From NCBI GenBank assembly GCA_976551045.1, contig CDPCPM010000012.1, forward strand, positions 6,882,001 through 6,946,000: 64,000 nucleotides of DNA, in the 5' to 3' direction. Positions 26,935-40,729 of this stretch are shown here, piece after piece. The notes beneath the pieces were generated by a model that saw only the letters and a program-made list of their open reading frames with translations, had not been told where the DNA came from and did no database searches. This DNA comes from Glaucostegus cemiculus. Lineage: Eukaryota. Numbering within the stretch: the first letter of the stretch is position 1; every line of letters starts with the position of its first letter. Both the position numbers and the translations under genes were made by a program.

Positions 26935-27650
26935 GGAGTCTACAGGGAATGCTGGGCAAGTTCTAACAGACTTCTGTCTGAGGCAGCTGCGTTAAAGTAA
27001 GGCTTGTATCACTGAACTCTCTGCTGTTCCAAAGTCACACCTTCAACCTCTCAGCAGGGCAGGTGTGCAATGCCCGAGGCCATTAATTAAGTGACTGTGA
27101 CAATGAAATTCAATATGACCAATCCCTTCCGGGATGTTTGCAATACCATGCAGTACGTGACACAAGGAAGTCACTGCTGCTCTCAATTCAAAGAGAACCA
27201 AGTAAACTTTATTCACTGCCCCAAGACCAGCAGGCATCATTTAAATAAGATCAGACACCTCTTTGTGGTCCACAATGTCATTGACTGTACACATGATTTT
27301 TTGTTTTGGGAGGCGGAAAACACAAGTTGACTCTGTCCCATATCAGACTGGAAAGGATTTCACTCCTATAATGTCCAATAAGGATTTGACCATAAGCAGC
27401 AAAATATGTGGTCAATACCCAAGATTCATTCTTCAGCAATCTGCTATCTACACTGGATTCACAAAGTGTGGCATGCAAAGACTGAATAGCATGACATCAA
27501 TGCAAAAACAATGTTTCCACTATCTGTAATACTCCTCAGTACACCAGCAATACTTGGCACAATTTTTGCCACCAGATGTAACACACAGAGCTGAGAAGTA
27601 GAAGCATGAAGAGGTTGAAAAAGAGAACAAGGAGAAAGGAGCATGCAAAC
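26935..27650 (+). pseudogene. Degenerate Harbinger (HARBI1-like) DDE transposase
   Basis: Collinear motifs across frameshifts and stops: VYRE, CLRQLR*SKACITEL, VTVTMKF, VVHNVIDCTH (27265-27294), WKGFHSYNVQ*GFDHKQQ (27349-27402), FILQQSA, KQCFHYL, then an acidic tail. Confidence 0.8.
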
Positions 27651-28559
27651 TAGAAAGACTCTTTCTTCCTGGGCTGTTTATGAGGAACTTGACTGCAGTA
27701 CTAACTACAATCCCAATTCCCCATTCTCCAGTCCCACATCTCACTTGTCATTGCCCAAGGTTAACATTCACTTGGGCAAGTGCAATTACGACAGCTGGGG
27801 TAGAATATTTTTTCCAGTCCAATTTATAAATGAAACATGCTACACTGCAAACAAGAGTCAACTAATGAACAGTTAGCATTCACTTACAGCTCATCTTGAG
27901 CATGATGCTGTTTGCACTACTGCTCCTATGCAGAACTGCTCCAGGAGTTGTGGCACAGTTGAAGGAAGGCTGCTGACTTTCAGTGGAGGAGTCTTTCAGA
28001 TGGTGTTAGAGGATATTCTCCAGCACTCTTGAAATTAAAAGGCATGGTTGCAGGCTGCACCATCTCAGTAGAGGCCAAGTCCAGACAGGCTGGTTGACAA
28101 ATAACAGCAGGGCATTGTGGGTGAGAGGGCAAATACCACTCTTCTATGACAAAATTGTTGGCTTGTGCTTTAAAACGTGTCTGCACTCCCCAGGGGCACT
28201 ACCTCTGCACAGCTGGTAATCCATCAGATAAATAGTTGCAAAATTGCTGGGAGACCCTGCAAGCTCTTTTGCACGCTGTAATCCATAGTCCTGATGGCAG
28301 CAGTCTGAGCTCGTACAGCAACAATCTGAGCTTGCATGTAAGCAGCCAGCATTTCCACTGCAGCACTCAGATATTGGGTGGCCACTGTTTACACTACAAT
28401 AGAAGCTGTGACATTAGCCTTCAATGGCTGCATCACAGTCAAGTCCAAAACTACAACAGTGGAGTTGGCCACTTCTTGCATGTCAGAAAACTGTGCTCCC
28501 GAGTTCTGCTTAATTTTTGTACATAGCTGGTGTTGATCTTATCCAACATATTTTCATGG

Positions 28560-28903
28560 TTACAACATAGAAGGAGGTCATTTAGCCCATTGTGTCTATG
28601 CTGGCTCTCAAAACATTCCCATCCATTCTTTTTGTCCCTCTTACTTCCCTGTAACCTATTCTGTCACACGTCCATCATTTCTGCCCTAATTCTCCAGTCA
28701 CATCACCTACATTAGAGCTAATTTACAGCAGCCAATTAACCTACAGTACCAGACATCACATTTTTGGAAGTATGGGAGGAAACAAGAGCAAACGGGAGAA
28801 ACTCACGTATTCACGGGTAGAATGGGCAAACTTTATACAAGCAACACCAGAGGTCAAAAATCAAACCCAGGTCACTGGTGCACTACCTGCTGCACCACTG
28901 TGA
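28560..28903 (-). mobile_element. Degenerate V-SINE
   Basis: gccaattaacctac...gggaggaaac..gagca...caccagaggtc core with a CR1-type tail. Confidence 0.75.
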
Positions 28904-29409
28904 GCTTGCTGAGAATTTGAACCTGGGACCTCTCACTGACACTCAGTACTTGATACTGAATGTAAAATTTCAGCAGGCTTCCATCTACACAGAGAATGTC
29001 ATTTTGAATACCTACTACCTTTCTGCTGTAGTTCCAGAAATGTTTCACCAGCTTCCTTTTTCAGAAGGGCTCATGTATAACCTCGCCCTGTGATAAGCTA
29101 GACATGTGCTAATTCATGCCTGGAATCTTACATGTAGATTAGGCCTCCAAGCACATAAGAAAGGACAGCATCTCAGTATCTGAGATGTTGATTGCAAGCG
29201 CGAAGATGACTGATGGTGCTTCCCGATCCTTGCTGTCACTCCAGAACAGCTCTTGGGTACATGAAAAATGAAAGTGACAAGAGCATGGTTGTGATATAGT
29301 AAGGTTGTGAACATATGTGTTCGTGAACTTACATCATAAGCAGGTTCTGAATTACAGAGAATTTGGGTTGGGGACAGGTGGAGGTTGTTTAAATTTTAAA
29401 TTTTTACAG

Positions 29410-29647
29410 TTTTTTTTACAGCGTGGTAACAGGCCCTTCCGGCCCAACACGTCCTCATCGTCCATTTTAAACCCAAATTATCCTACCCATACGCCTTTGC
29501 AATGTGGGAGGAAACCGGAGCACCCGGAGGAAACCCACGCAGACATGGGAGAACATACAAACTCCTTACAGATAGCAATGGGAATCGAACCCTGACCGCT
29601 GGCACTGTAATGGTATTGCACTAACTGCTACGCTACCATGTTGCCCC
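29410..29647 (-). mobile_element. Young V-SINE, same subfamily as 12775-13023
   Basis: tttacagcgtggtaacaggccctt.cggcccaac...gggaatcgaaccc...ctaactgctacgcta. Confidence 0.9.
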
Positions 29648-29729
29648 TTGTAGAACAAGATGAAGAAATAAGTTCTGTCATCTTTTGGTGGGTTTCAGCC
29701 CTGCTATTCAGAACACCCTTAATGAAGTT

Positions 29730-30500
29730 TGTTCTCACAGTGGTCATCCCCTCCATGGGTGACATGCATGCTCAACCGTTCACAGCTAGTTGGCTTCTGC
29801 TGCTGCTAGTTTTGCACTATTTCTGTTCAGCAAAAGAGAGTAAAACATTTCAGGGAGTGTCATGTAATCAGTCTGCATGATACGGATGTAATGACTAAAT
29901 AACTGACGGGTCTTTAAGGTACATTATGGGTGTGGGACTTGATCAGAGCTAAGTGGGTGACCATGTAGTGAACCTTAGAACTGTTAGCTATAAGTCCTGA
30001 TAGCAGAGATTATTGAATATAGAACATTATAGCAGAGTACAGGCCCTTCGGCCCACAATGTTGTGCTGACATTTTACTCTGCTCTGAGATCTGTCTAACC
30101 CTTCCCTCCCACATAGCCCTCATCCTTCTATCATTCATGTAGCTATCTGAGAGTCTTTTAAATGTCCCTAATGTATCTGACCCACAACCTCTGCCGGCAG
30201 TGCATTCCATGCACCCAGCACTCTCTGTGTGAAAAACTGTAAATAAATATTGGTGTGCAATTGATGGAGGTTTGAATTGAAGGCAGTAGTGCAAATGGCA
30301 TTCTGGCCTCATGCAACCAGACCCTCAGGGTTTCACAGTGACATCAGCTTCCATGACAATCATCCATTTCTTTTCTGAACATGTGCCCACAGAGTCTCCT
30401 GCAAAGACAGGGCACCACTCCTATGCTGCACCTCTTCCACCAAGGCCTCTGGTGAGTGCCCAAAGACACCAGAGCCTGCTCACTGCTATGTGTGCCATCT
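29730..30500 (-). pseudogene. Degenerate Harbinger Myb/SANT-like partner gene (exon remnants)
   Basis: EALVEEVQHRSGAL (30449-30408). A second piece after the acceptor ctctcttttgctgaacag reads IVQN*QQQKPT...MHV..PME (~29830-29745). Both resemble the Myb/SANT (trihelix) ORF of chondrichthyan Harbingers. Confidence 0.55.
30017..30237 (-). mobile_element. CR1 3' end, same subfamily as 3097-4748
   Basis: gtacaggcccttcggcccacaatgttgtgc...aaatgtccctaatgtatctg. Confidence 0.9.
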
Positions 30501-30874
30501 TCAATATTTTGCTGGTCCACTTTCCCTTTGCCCATGGTTGCCACAAGGCAACTCATCACGTGAAGCCTAGCTTTTGAGGGCATACCTAGATCTAACCACT
30601 TATCCAATGCCCCTTGCAGATGCATGCACCCAAAGAGTAGTTCAGTTATTGCTGGCTGATTGTGTAACCATTTCCAACAGCAGGCAGCAAGTCTGTGCAC
30701 TACCTACAAAGCCAGCAATGGGTGCATAATTCTTGTACACCTTGATCCCTACATCCTCCTTAGGTGGGAGGAGGGATCTTAATTCAGTCTCCACAATCCA
30801 CAAAATTAATTTCTGCATGTAAAAAAAATCCACTAGTTATGTCCATTCACATTAAAACTACTAAAATGAACAGA

Positions 30875-31170
30875 TAGAAGCATGGAAAATAGCAGTACAA
30901 TTAGGCCAACTGGCCCTTCAGGCTTTATACAACATTCAATACGATCATGGTTAATCATCTGTCTCAATACTTTTTTGCTGTTCTCTTGATGTCTTTTGTG
31001 TCTAGAAATTTATCTACCTCCTTCTTTAATAGTCTCCTACTGGACCTCCATCACCTCCTGTAGAGATTTCACAGATTCAGCACCCTCCAATTGAAGAAAC
31101 TATCAGTCTGGTGAGCCTTCACTGCACTCCCTCTATAGTAAATATGTCCTTTCTTAGGTGAGGATGCTCT
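30875..31170 (-). mobile_element. Old CR1 3' end
   Basis: taggccaactggccctt...cattcaatacgatcatgg...cacagattcagcaccctc. Confidence 0.65.
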
Positions 31171-31587
31171 AAGAATTGGAGAAAACATTTCACCCTTGCA
31201 TTACATCTCCTTGGTGTATGAGTTTTTACACCAAAAGTCAAGAAAAATATAAAATCAAAACTATTGTTCTTCCTTCTCTGCCAAACACTCTTGCAAAAAA
31301 TAACTAAATACTTGAAAGACTCTCAAATAAATGCTTACATTTACAACATTTTCCCAAGCGTGAAATAATAGTGCAATCTTTCCAGAATTTCTACTGATGA
31401 AGCTGAAGTGTGTCCCATGTTAGAATTATTTTTCACAGTATATAGGTCAATCTCTGAGAAAACAATGATGACATGGGAAAAAAACAGATTAGTGTGAATG
31501 GTTCAGCATTGCCTGACTTGGATTGGTAGATTTTCTTCATTAGTCATGCACAATCTGTAGCTTGGATGTATGTTTATTTGAGCCTTG

Positions 31588-31940
31588 GCTCACTCTTGCC
31601 TCTGAATCAGGAAGGTTGTAAAACCAGCTCTCAGAGGCTTCCAAAATTCTAGTTAGACATTCCAGTGCAGTACTGAGGGAATGCTGTGTTTTCAGAAGTG
31701 GTATCTTTCAAGTAAGACATTAGGCTCAGTCTCTCAGGTGTACATAAATGATTTTACAGCATGATTTGAAGGACAGCAAAGTTATCCTCAGTGTTCTGGT
31801 CAATATTTATCCCTCAACCTCCACTTCTAAAGCAGATTAGCTGATCATAATCACATTGCTATTTCCAAATTAGCTACTGTGCTACTTACACTGCAATCAC
31901 GGCCATGTAGCAAAGTAATTGCTATAAAGCATTTCAGATA
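31588..31940 (+). mobile_element. SacSINE1/Deu-domain SINE
   Basis: cactcttgcctctgaatcaggaaggttg...cagtgcagtactgagggaatgctg...caatatttatccctcaacc...atcacattgct. Confidence 0.8.
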
Positions 31941-32769
31941 AAATAACCACCTGTTCCTATTTGGCAGGACAATCCTTAACTAATTCTGTCCTGGTCATGA
32001 GCTGATTGAAACTAGTACAACTTTTGTCTCAGAATTCCTAAACCAACATAATGAACATGATGGGGTTGCTGCTGACTATTAAAAATAAATTCAAAATTGC
32101 ATCAATGATCCTCCCAGCAGGACCTTGCAAAAGTCACTTTAAGGAACACTTCACAACAAAGTAGAACAAGCCCCATCAAAAAAATTGAAAAACCTTTAAT
32201 AGCTGGATAGGACACACCCCATAATTAGTCAGTGTCAAAGCATTAAGACACCTGGATGTTTCCAACTTATTTAAAATCTTTCCATCCATTATAAAAAACT
32301 TTAAAGAACAAAAACTTAGCCGCAAACACTTTGAAATCTTCAGACACTTGAAAAAAATCTAAATTACCTTTCCTTTAGCAATATTTTTAAGAAAAATAGA
32401 AAAACTACATTAATATTACACTAAAAACTTGTCTTATGCATCTTTTTGAGGAACTCCAGCAATTTTGCAGATATTTCTCTGCAAGTTCCAAGTCAGAGTA
32501 ACTATAGCATAGCTCGTGAAAAATCAGTGCATTGTTTCAAAATAGTGGGAACAGATTTATGAGGTATCTGTAGCGGTAATAGTGCTTTGAAGCAGTTTCC
32601 AAGGGTGAGACAACACAAGGGTGGCAAGGAAGTCAACAGGATCTGCTCATCCCAATCAATTCCCTCTCTCCCCCTACACACATCCCCTTCCACCTCTTTT
32701 TTTTAAAGTGCATGCATTTCGTTTGGGCTGTTCAGCAGCTTCATCAATGACCTATTTACTATCATAAGG

Positions 32770-33255
32770 TCAGAAGTGGGGATGCTTGCTAATGATTACA
32801 CAACGTTCAATTCCACTCATAAATCTTGGCAAATGAAGCAGTTCACGTCTACACATAGCAAGACCTAACAACAAGTAGGCATGGGTTGGTAAATAGCAAT
32901 TAACACACAAAGACCATTTTCGACAGCAGTCAAGCCATCTACCCTTGACATTCAATGATATTACGTTCACTGAGTCCTCTACCATCAACATCCTGGAGAG
33001 TCACCATTGACCTGAAACTCAACTGGCCCAGCTGCATAAATATTGTGGTTACGATAGCAGGTCAGAAGCTGGGTATCCTGCAACAAGTGACTCACCTCCT
33101 AATACCCTAAAGCCTTTATATCATCTATACGGCACAAATCAGAAGGGTGATGGAATATTCTCCAACTGCCTGTATGAATGCAGCTTGAGCATCACTGAAG
33201 CTCAACAACATGCAGGACAATATAACCCACTGACTGATGCACCACCAACCACAAT
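32770..33255 (+). mobile_element. Old CR1/L2-group LINE RT fragment
   Basis: HLPLTFNDITFTESSTINIL...IDLKLNW...IYTAQIRRVMEYSP-like translation. Confidence 0.7.
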
Positions 33256-34436
33256 GCCCTAAGAATGTTGAAACAGCTGTATAAATGCAAATCCTTCTTC
33301 TGTTTCTTTCATTACCAATGAATTAACTTTGTTGGTTTGCAAAATACAGTTTGAACCAATCAGGAGTGCTTTGTGAACTGCAGCATGACAGATAACAAAT
33401 GCACACAATCACAATATTTTATTGTTTTCTATTGGTTCCCCTTGTGCTTTGCTAAACTACTAAACACAGATTATTGCTGCAGGTATGGGAGAGAGAACAC
33501 ATTGACTGAAAGAATTTGGAAAGAAGTTTTTAAAAGTTGCTCAGAAATAATGAGCACGTTTGTCATAGAAAATTATAAAATCTGCAATTTGTAAAATAAA
33601 AATGAAATTTGGACAATTGAAATTGTTAAAAATTGTTTGTATAGTGCACCTGAATAATTCAGCTATAATTACATTTTAATTCTCAATGCAAATAAAACAC
33701 AAAAAACTCTATAATCAATCCCACAGGAATTACGCTTGATTTTGTGTGGTAGGTCAAAGCTTACCTCCAAAATGAAATTTCATAATGAAAAACACATTTT
33801 GCTTTGAAATTATTTCAAAAATAAATAGCTATATTATTATAATCTGAAGAAATAGACAATTGCTTATTATAGAAAATCATACCAATCTATGAAGGGAAAT
33901 TCTTCACACTTCGCACAATTGCACTGTTGTACTCTTGGAACCACAGTCATATGAATAGTTTGCTTGCTTTCTTATTTTTAAGAAATACACAAATGACCAA
34001 GTTCACATTTAATACAATGAATCACAATATATTTGGCTATAAACAAGAATGTGATTACCCAGAGGTGCAAGTAGGAAAGTAATCAGGTGCAATAAAATAG
34101 CCAGCCTGATGTACCTTTTTATTATAATCATAGAGTCCTCTGAGGTGTAACTGAAAGTAACTTGAAGAAGGATGATGACATTAACAAGAGCTAAAGTTTA
34201 AGGGTGTGTTCCTTTAAGGCCACAATGCTCTTTTGTGTTAAGTAGACATTGGATGAGTTCAGGAACAAATCAAGTAAATGGCTGATGGTAAGTGGTTTTG
34301 ATACATTCTAGTTCCAGATAGCTTTTCTACTCTTACAAATCACTGCTCACGTTTGCTTTTAAAGCAAGTATGACACTGTAATTCACAGCATGTCACATCT
34401 GGAATGCAAGTGTTGATTTTTCTCTATCCTTTATCT

Positions 34437-34795
34437 GGGTGGCACAATGGTGCAGCAGCTAGTGTTACTGCAGCATCCCTCTAATGATCTGGGTTCAATT
34501 CTGACCTCCGGTGATCTCCGTGTGGAATTCACACATTGTTCCTGTAACCACGCGAATTTCCCCTGATGCTCCAGTTTCCTCCCACATCCCAAAGACATGC
34601 TGGATGCTAGGTTAATTAGTCACTGTAAACTATCTGTAGTGTAAGTGAATGGAAAGGGAGTCAGGGTGAAATTAATGGGCACGAGAGAGAGAATAGGTAA
34701 CAGGGGCAAAATAGGGGGAATAGGATTGATGGAGTTTCTCTGAGAGCCTGTGTAGATGCAGTGGGCTGAATGGCTTCCTATGTTGTGAGAATATA
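34437..34795 (+). mobile_element. Full-length older V-SINE (HE1-like)
   Basis: A-box ggcacaatggtgcag, B-box gggttcaattctg, V core and CR1-type tail gggctgaatggcttcc. Confidence 0.8.
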
Positions 34796-37700
34796 TGATG
34801 TAGGAGATAATCTGACATTGACCAGGCACAGCATACCCAAGCAGTGCTATGTTCATGCATGATCCTTGTTCTGAGAACTTCAAAAAGAGGAATACAGCTA
34901 TTGTCAGAAGGGTCCAAAGAGCAGCAGCCAGAAGGCACCAGGGACCAAAGAATTTGCTGGAAGTAAACCAGACTGATCTGTCATACTGGTGTAATTCAAA
35001 CCTGCCGTCAATCTCTTCTCACGTTTACCAGAGGTTGTTGCTCTTATAAGCAGTTTGGCCCTGTTATTATCATGTGAGTTGACTTATATTGCTTAATATC
35101 TACTTCTTCCACAGTATTTCAACAGTTACAGCTGTTTACCTGTGTCTTTCTCCCATGTAATGCTTCAATCTTTCCGAAGGTAGACTAAGTGGGGAGAAGT
35201 GACCAGGTAAGGCATCACTGAGCTGCTTTGCTTCATAGCATGTAGGTACAGGACACCAGCTGTAACGGCTGTGCTTCGATATACTTTGCTTTCAATATTA
35301 ATTAAAATAATGAATTACGATATACTGCATTGGCACAGTATTTATTTATAATTGTAAGATTGTTGTATAACCATCTGATAAATCCCAGCCTTTGCATTCT
35401 GCAGTTCTTCAATCTCTAATGTCAGCTTTTATACAAATTTACTAACCCTAGCCAATTGCCTAATTTGGCAAAGTCCCTCCCTAGCAGAGGTCAAATGAGT
35501 AGAATCAATAAAGTAGCAATGAGTAAAAATGATCAAAAGTATATGCCACTATGTTTCACCGTCTGCTATATGTTAGTACAGAAACCTCATCTGAATGTTA
35601 ATCTGTGGGTTAGATCATGCTGGCTGATCAGAACTAACTGTGTTCTGTCACTTGAATTGAAGTCCCAGACTTTGCATGCATTCTGGAATGCTGATGTCAG
35701 GCACACACTGACAGATACATGGGGCCCAACCTGTAAATATGCCCCAACACTGGATAAACTATTGGATCCAACAACAGGGCCCAGTCTCAGATCTTGTAGT
35801 GGTTCAGACTTGTCAGGTACAGATTTAGGAGGAAAAGGGTAAGCTACCTTTTAAACTGTTCTTAGACAAAATGCTTTCATTTTTGTGTGTTCATGTGTTT
35901 GAACTTTTTTTGACAAAATGTTTTTAATTCTCAACATCAATTTTAATAGTTTTTAAAACATCTCCAAATGTCAAAGACATTGAACATTTTGCATAACCTA
36001 CAGGTTTCACATATGGCAAAGCTCCGCCCTCAGTTCCGTGAGCTGTCAGGGCCTGTCAAGCTGTTCTGAGGGACAGGCCTCTGCACCCGTGCTGCTCACA
36101 GTCTAAACGTCAGCCAGGCATTAGGATGCAATGCACTAGCACAATAGTTCTTCCACTTCTGGCCTAGGTAAATATAGGTGAGTGGAGACTGAAGGCAGTG
36201 CCTCCAGGAAAAAGATATGGTCTGGCACAGTTCACCCATATCTCATTGCCTTGCCAGCTTGTGAACTTTCCTATGAAAATTAAGTTTATCTAAATGTTTA
36301 ATTTTTCAAATTTATTAAGTATACTAATATTTGAAAATACCATGAACACTTGAGGCAGCATAATCAAAACCCAAAAATGTGGCACTGCTTGGCAAGCTCT
36401 GTGGTACCCTTTATATACACTTTGGACCACAAAGGTCCCTGGTTCAAGGTTCAGTGCTTTCATTGGGATCTTTCCAGAGAATGATCAAGTAAATTATAGA
36501 GGGAGCATCACACACCTGCTTCAATTCTGTAACAACAATGGGCCTGTGCCAATAACAGGATTATGATCAGGTCTGTATATCTAGGAAGTCCCTCAATCCA
36601 AGAAACACAGATATGATATATCCATTGCTCCTTCACCCATTACTCGAGGGAACCAGGTGATCGCCAAGTACCACAAAAAACAAATTCAGCTCACTGAATA
36701 CCATGTTCAGGGAATTTAAGCAGATATAAAATGTTATATTGCGAGCAAATCCCTCACTGTATTGCAGGTGGTGAGTTGGATGGTAGTGCAGTGTAAGGAT
36801 AGAAATGCACAAAATATATTAACATTACCAATCATATATAGATGCCCTAATGTTCTACAATAGGCAAAATGCCCAGAGTTTTATATGCATGGCTAGGATC
36901 ACCTTGATTTTTAGCAAAGGAAGAGTCCTCAGGTTTTACAGTGTGATTGGGTGAGTGTTGTGGCTTTAGCACCATGCCAGCCTGGGTTTAAAAGCAACAC
37001 AGAAATAGCTTATTTGGGTTTAGGAGTACTTTCCTTCTTTATAACACTTCAAAGGCAGTTTATTGGCTATAAGACATATTAGGATATCCTGAGATCATCA
37101 AAGGTCCTAAATAAATTAGAGTTATTTATTTTTTCTTTGTGTCACTTATGCCACAGCTTAGCACTATGGCAGGAGATGGGATCGATGGCACTGTCTCCTG
37201 TGCCTTGCCAGCATTAAGAGGAACTTGGGATTTTGATTGTGAGATTGTGGAATTTCGTTCAATGGAGGCCTTTTGTGGTCCATCAGCATTGAAGGGAGAG
37301 GCTATAAATGCACTGGAATGGTGCCTGAATGTGATAATGTTGGAAAAGTTGTTGAGGTCTGACAACTTCATGGAAAAATTCTTTGGATGGCTTTGGGGAG
37401 GGGAAACTGGAGTAGCTGGTAATTCACTTCAGCTGACAAGAGTGAACGATAGGTAGAGTAAATCCAACCCTAGGCTTTCGAGAGGTGATGAAGTTTTCAT
37501 GTAAATACAGTAATGGAACTACTCAAAGACGCCAAAGACAATTTCATTGTTTTAAATTTAAATATGACAGAAGGTGTTATTTCTTTCATATCCAATTATG
37601 TTAAAACCATTCTTTGAACCGATACCTGATATGCTGAGAGAAACATAACAGTAGCAAGTACTTTAAGTAATTTGATTGGACTGCCTCCTCATTTGTAAGA

Positions 37701-40700
37701 GATATGCAGGTGACGAAATTACAACTAATACATTATAAAGCAGCATATTAGCCTATCAGCTGGATAAATTTGCATTGCGCTGAAACAACTTTAACACAGC
37801 AGAGAAGCAGCTGCATGAAAAAGCGATATAAAAAATGCAATACAAGAAACAGTGATCAGTAACAGGAAGCAAAGAAAGATCACACCAAACTTAGCATTTT
37901 GATAAAATCTGCAGATCTCCTGAGATGATGCAAATGGTAATTTTGAGAATATGGTCACTTTTTAAAAAATCTTTTACTTTAGTTTTGCTGTTTCTGTCCA
38001 TCTTTTTTTGCTAGCTCTCTTCAATATCTGTGTCTCTAGCCATCCCATACCCCTCCACTTTTTTGGCATCTTTTTCCCTTTGAACAACTCAATCCATTTT
38101 TTAAATTATTTCATCTTTGTCACTTTAACTATATCTTGTTACCCAATCCTCATTCTGTTTCTTTCCTTGTCCTGAACTCCTAAAACCCTGTGCCACAAAT
38201 TCGATCTTTCAACTTTCTACTGGGTACAGGGAGAGGCAAGTTGTGAGGTGGCAAAAACACCATGACCAGGGGTCTACAGAAGACTTTTGAAGTGAAGGCT
38301 AGAAATATATACAGATCTAGGAGATGAGAGCAGTTGGAAAACTGTATGTGCAGTTGGGTGGGTTGAGAGCTCCAATGTAGTCAAGGTAAATTAATTCCCT
38401 CTATTCACCAGGAATATAGGAAAGCCTTCTGCAGAGTTATCTCAGAAATATCAATTAAAATATGTACTTTCAGGTGTTGGACTATGACAAACTCCAGAGG
38501 AAATACACACAAGACTAGTAGTTCTATTCAAATGCATTCCCATTGGTGTGGATAGTGGCATAAAACCAAATGAAGCAGGGAAATTACATGGAAATAAAAA
38601 GACAACCAAACCTCTACTTTATAGTAGTGTCATTGAGGACAAATTGGTGTGAGAGAAATATCATTTGGGTCTTCGACTTTTCTCTCTTGAATAAGTTCAC
38701 TGCTTGTCCTTTAGTCAATACTTTAATCACACTTCCACAGAATTATAACACTCATCTAATGTCTGTGCCAGAAGGCAGCTGAGTATGGCACCAAACCAGG
38801 GAAGATGAACACACAACTTGTCCAGACCTCTACTGAAAAGCAATGAACACATAATAAACAGACTCCTGGGTCAGGCTGTCCTTAAAATCCCCCAAAATCT
38901 TTCATTTATACCAAGTGGAGGAAGGTGGCCCAAGTACAAACTGCCAACTCCCTCAATCCAGAAATGCAAAACAGCAGGCATAAAATCTCCAAACTCTGTG
39001 CAAAACAGTCTAGGTTGTACCACTACGTCCCTCCTGTTTTAACCCACTAAAAGCACATCTCCTCTTAAAACATAATTTACACAACCAACCCTTCCCAAAA
39101 CTATCTGAATTCCACAACCTAGGATCCCCTTCTCTATTCAGGGTTAGAAATGGTAGGGTTTTTTTGCTACTTCAAATATCAACAAAATCGGATTTTAAGT
39201 AACCTAACAATATGGCAGGGATTGCCTCAGCACATGTCCGGAGGTTAGGGATAATTGGCAGCTCCATGTCTGGGCAAAGGAATACATTCAGTGACTTTAA
39301 GTCTAATTCTTGTTATTCTGTGGCAGACCATGTAGAAATGAACACACAAAGGCTTCCTGAAGTATTTAGTGTCATGACTGAACTTAATATTACACATTCT
39401 GTTCCAAGTTCCATGTTCTAAGAACTGCACTTTATTACTTTTGTGCACTGAAAGTTGCAGATTCCTTACAAAACAGTGGAACTTGTAATGAAGATATTTT
39501 TTCTAATATTACAGTTTTAATTTTAATAAAGCTGATTAGCAGATTATAACCTAAACCACACAACTTAATAGAATGGTTGTTCTTCAGTTATCAAAAACAG
39601 AGGTCAGTTGCAATGAGCTGATTAAAGAAACAAAGTGGTTCTGTTCTTTACACCATCTCATTTGATATTGTAAAGTGCGAGAGCTTGTTTATGTAAATTG
39701 ACCTTGATAATGCACATGAGGAACACTTTAGGAGAACCCCAAGTTTGTAACAGCTGCATTTTTGCATGAAAAACTATAAATAAGTGACTTTCATTATAGA
39801 ATATTCCTTTATCTATAAAGTTAATAGATTAACATAATGAGTAGATTGCAACAATTAAATTACATCAGAAATCCCTGTGTTAGGCTCTGTCCAGGGCAAA
39901 ATGTATCATAAGGTATCAATCTTTGCATGCATTATCTATTACACTCATCAACATTGCTGTGATGGGGATTTGAATGTTAAATGTTGTTTGAACATGTGCT
40001 ATTAAAATAATATCTACTACATTGAATAAAGAGGGTGCAGAGTGAAATATAACTGAGGAACCTGACATGACCCTGAATGCATTTGCAACCTCACAATAAA
40101 CTTCTGTTCTAGAACAATCCAAGATGGATTCAGAGTCACTATTGTGCTAATCAAAAGCAATGCTGATATTGGTAAGAAAAGAAGCTGAGCAAGAATCTAT
40201 AAAAGTACATTTAAAAACTTTATTTTGTCACTATTCCCCCTCCTCCACAATTGCCACCAAACCTCACCACTGTGGCTAGCACTTTGGAGATTTTGTTGCA
40301 ATTTTAACCCATTAGATTTTAGGATAGCATTAATAATCCACTTTTTGCCACAGAACTATCTATTCCATTCTGTCATGGAAAAAGGACAATGCCCCTCCTA
40401 ACATGCCTGAATTCCCCTTACCTTCAACATCAACTCAAAAAAATCAGGTGATAGCAGATCAGTTGTCTGCTCTACAATCTGCCTCCTTTGAGATCTATGT
40501 CAGTTGGCAAGTAAGATCAGGAGGAAAGCACTAAAGGAAGCTTATCTGCTGCCACTTGTTTTGTGCCTTTGCTAAAGTTCAATTTTTGCTATTCCTCTAC
40601 AATGGGATGCTGCAAGGGATAACAATAATTTACACCTTGTGCATTTTATTGAATAACTAATAAACCACATGTAGCAGATTGAAGTTAGGCATGATAAACA

Positions 40701-40729
40701 CAATGTAAGAAAAGGGCTGAGGTTGCCCA

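Larger units (their letters stand above)
26700..30830. mobile_element. Fossil PIF/Harbinger transposon with convergent transposase (+) and Myb/SANT-like (-) genes; ends approximate
   Basis: See the two pseudogene entries. Interrupted by later SINE and CR1 insertions. TIRs not identified. Confidence 0.7.

Noticed and set aside
35456-35842. 128-aa ORF
   Set aside because: Non-ATG start, no recognisable domain and no splice support; consistent with chance or old repeat sequence.
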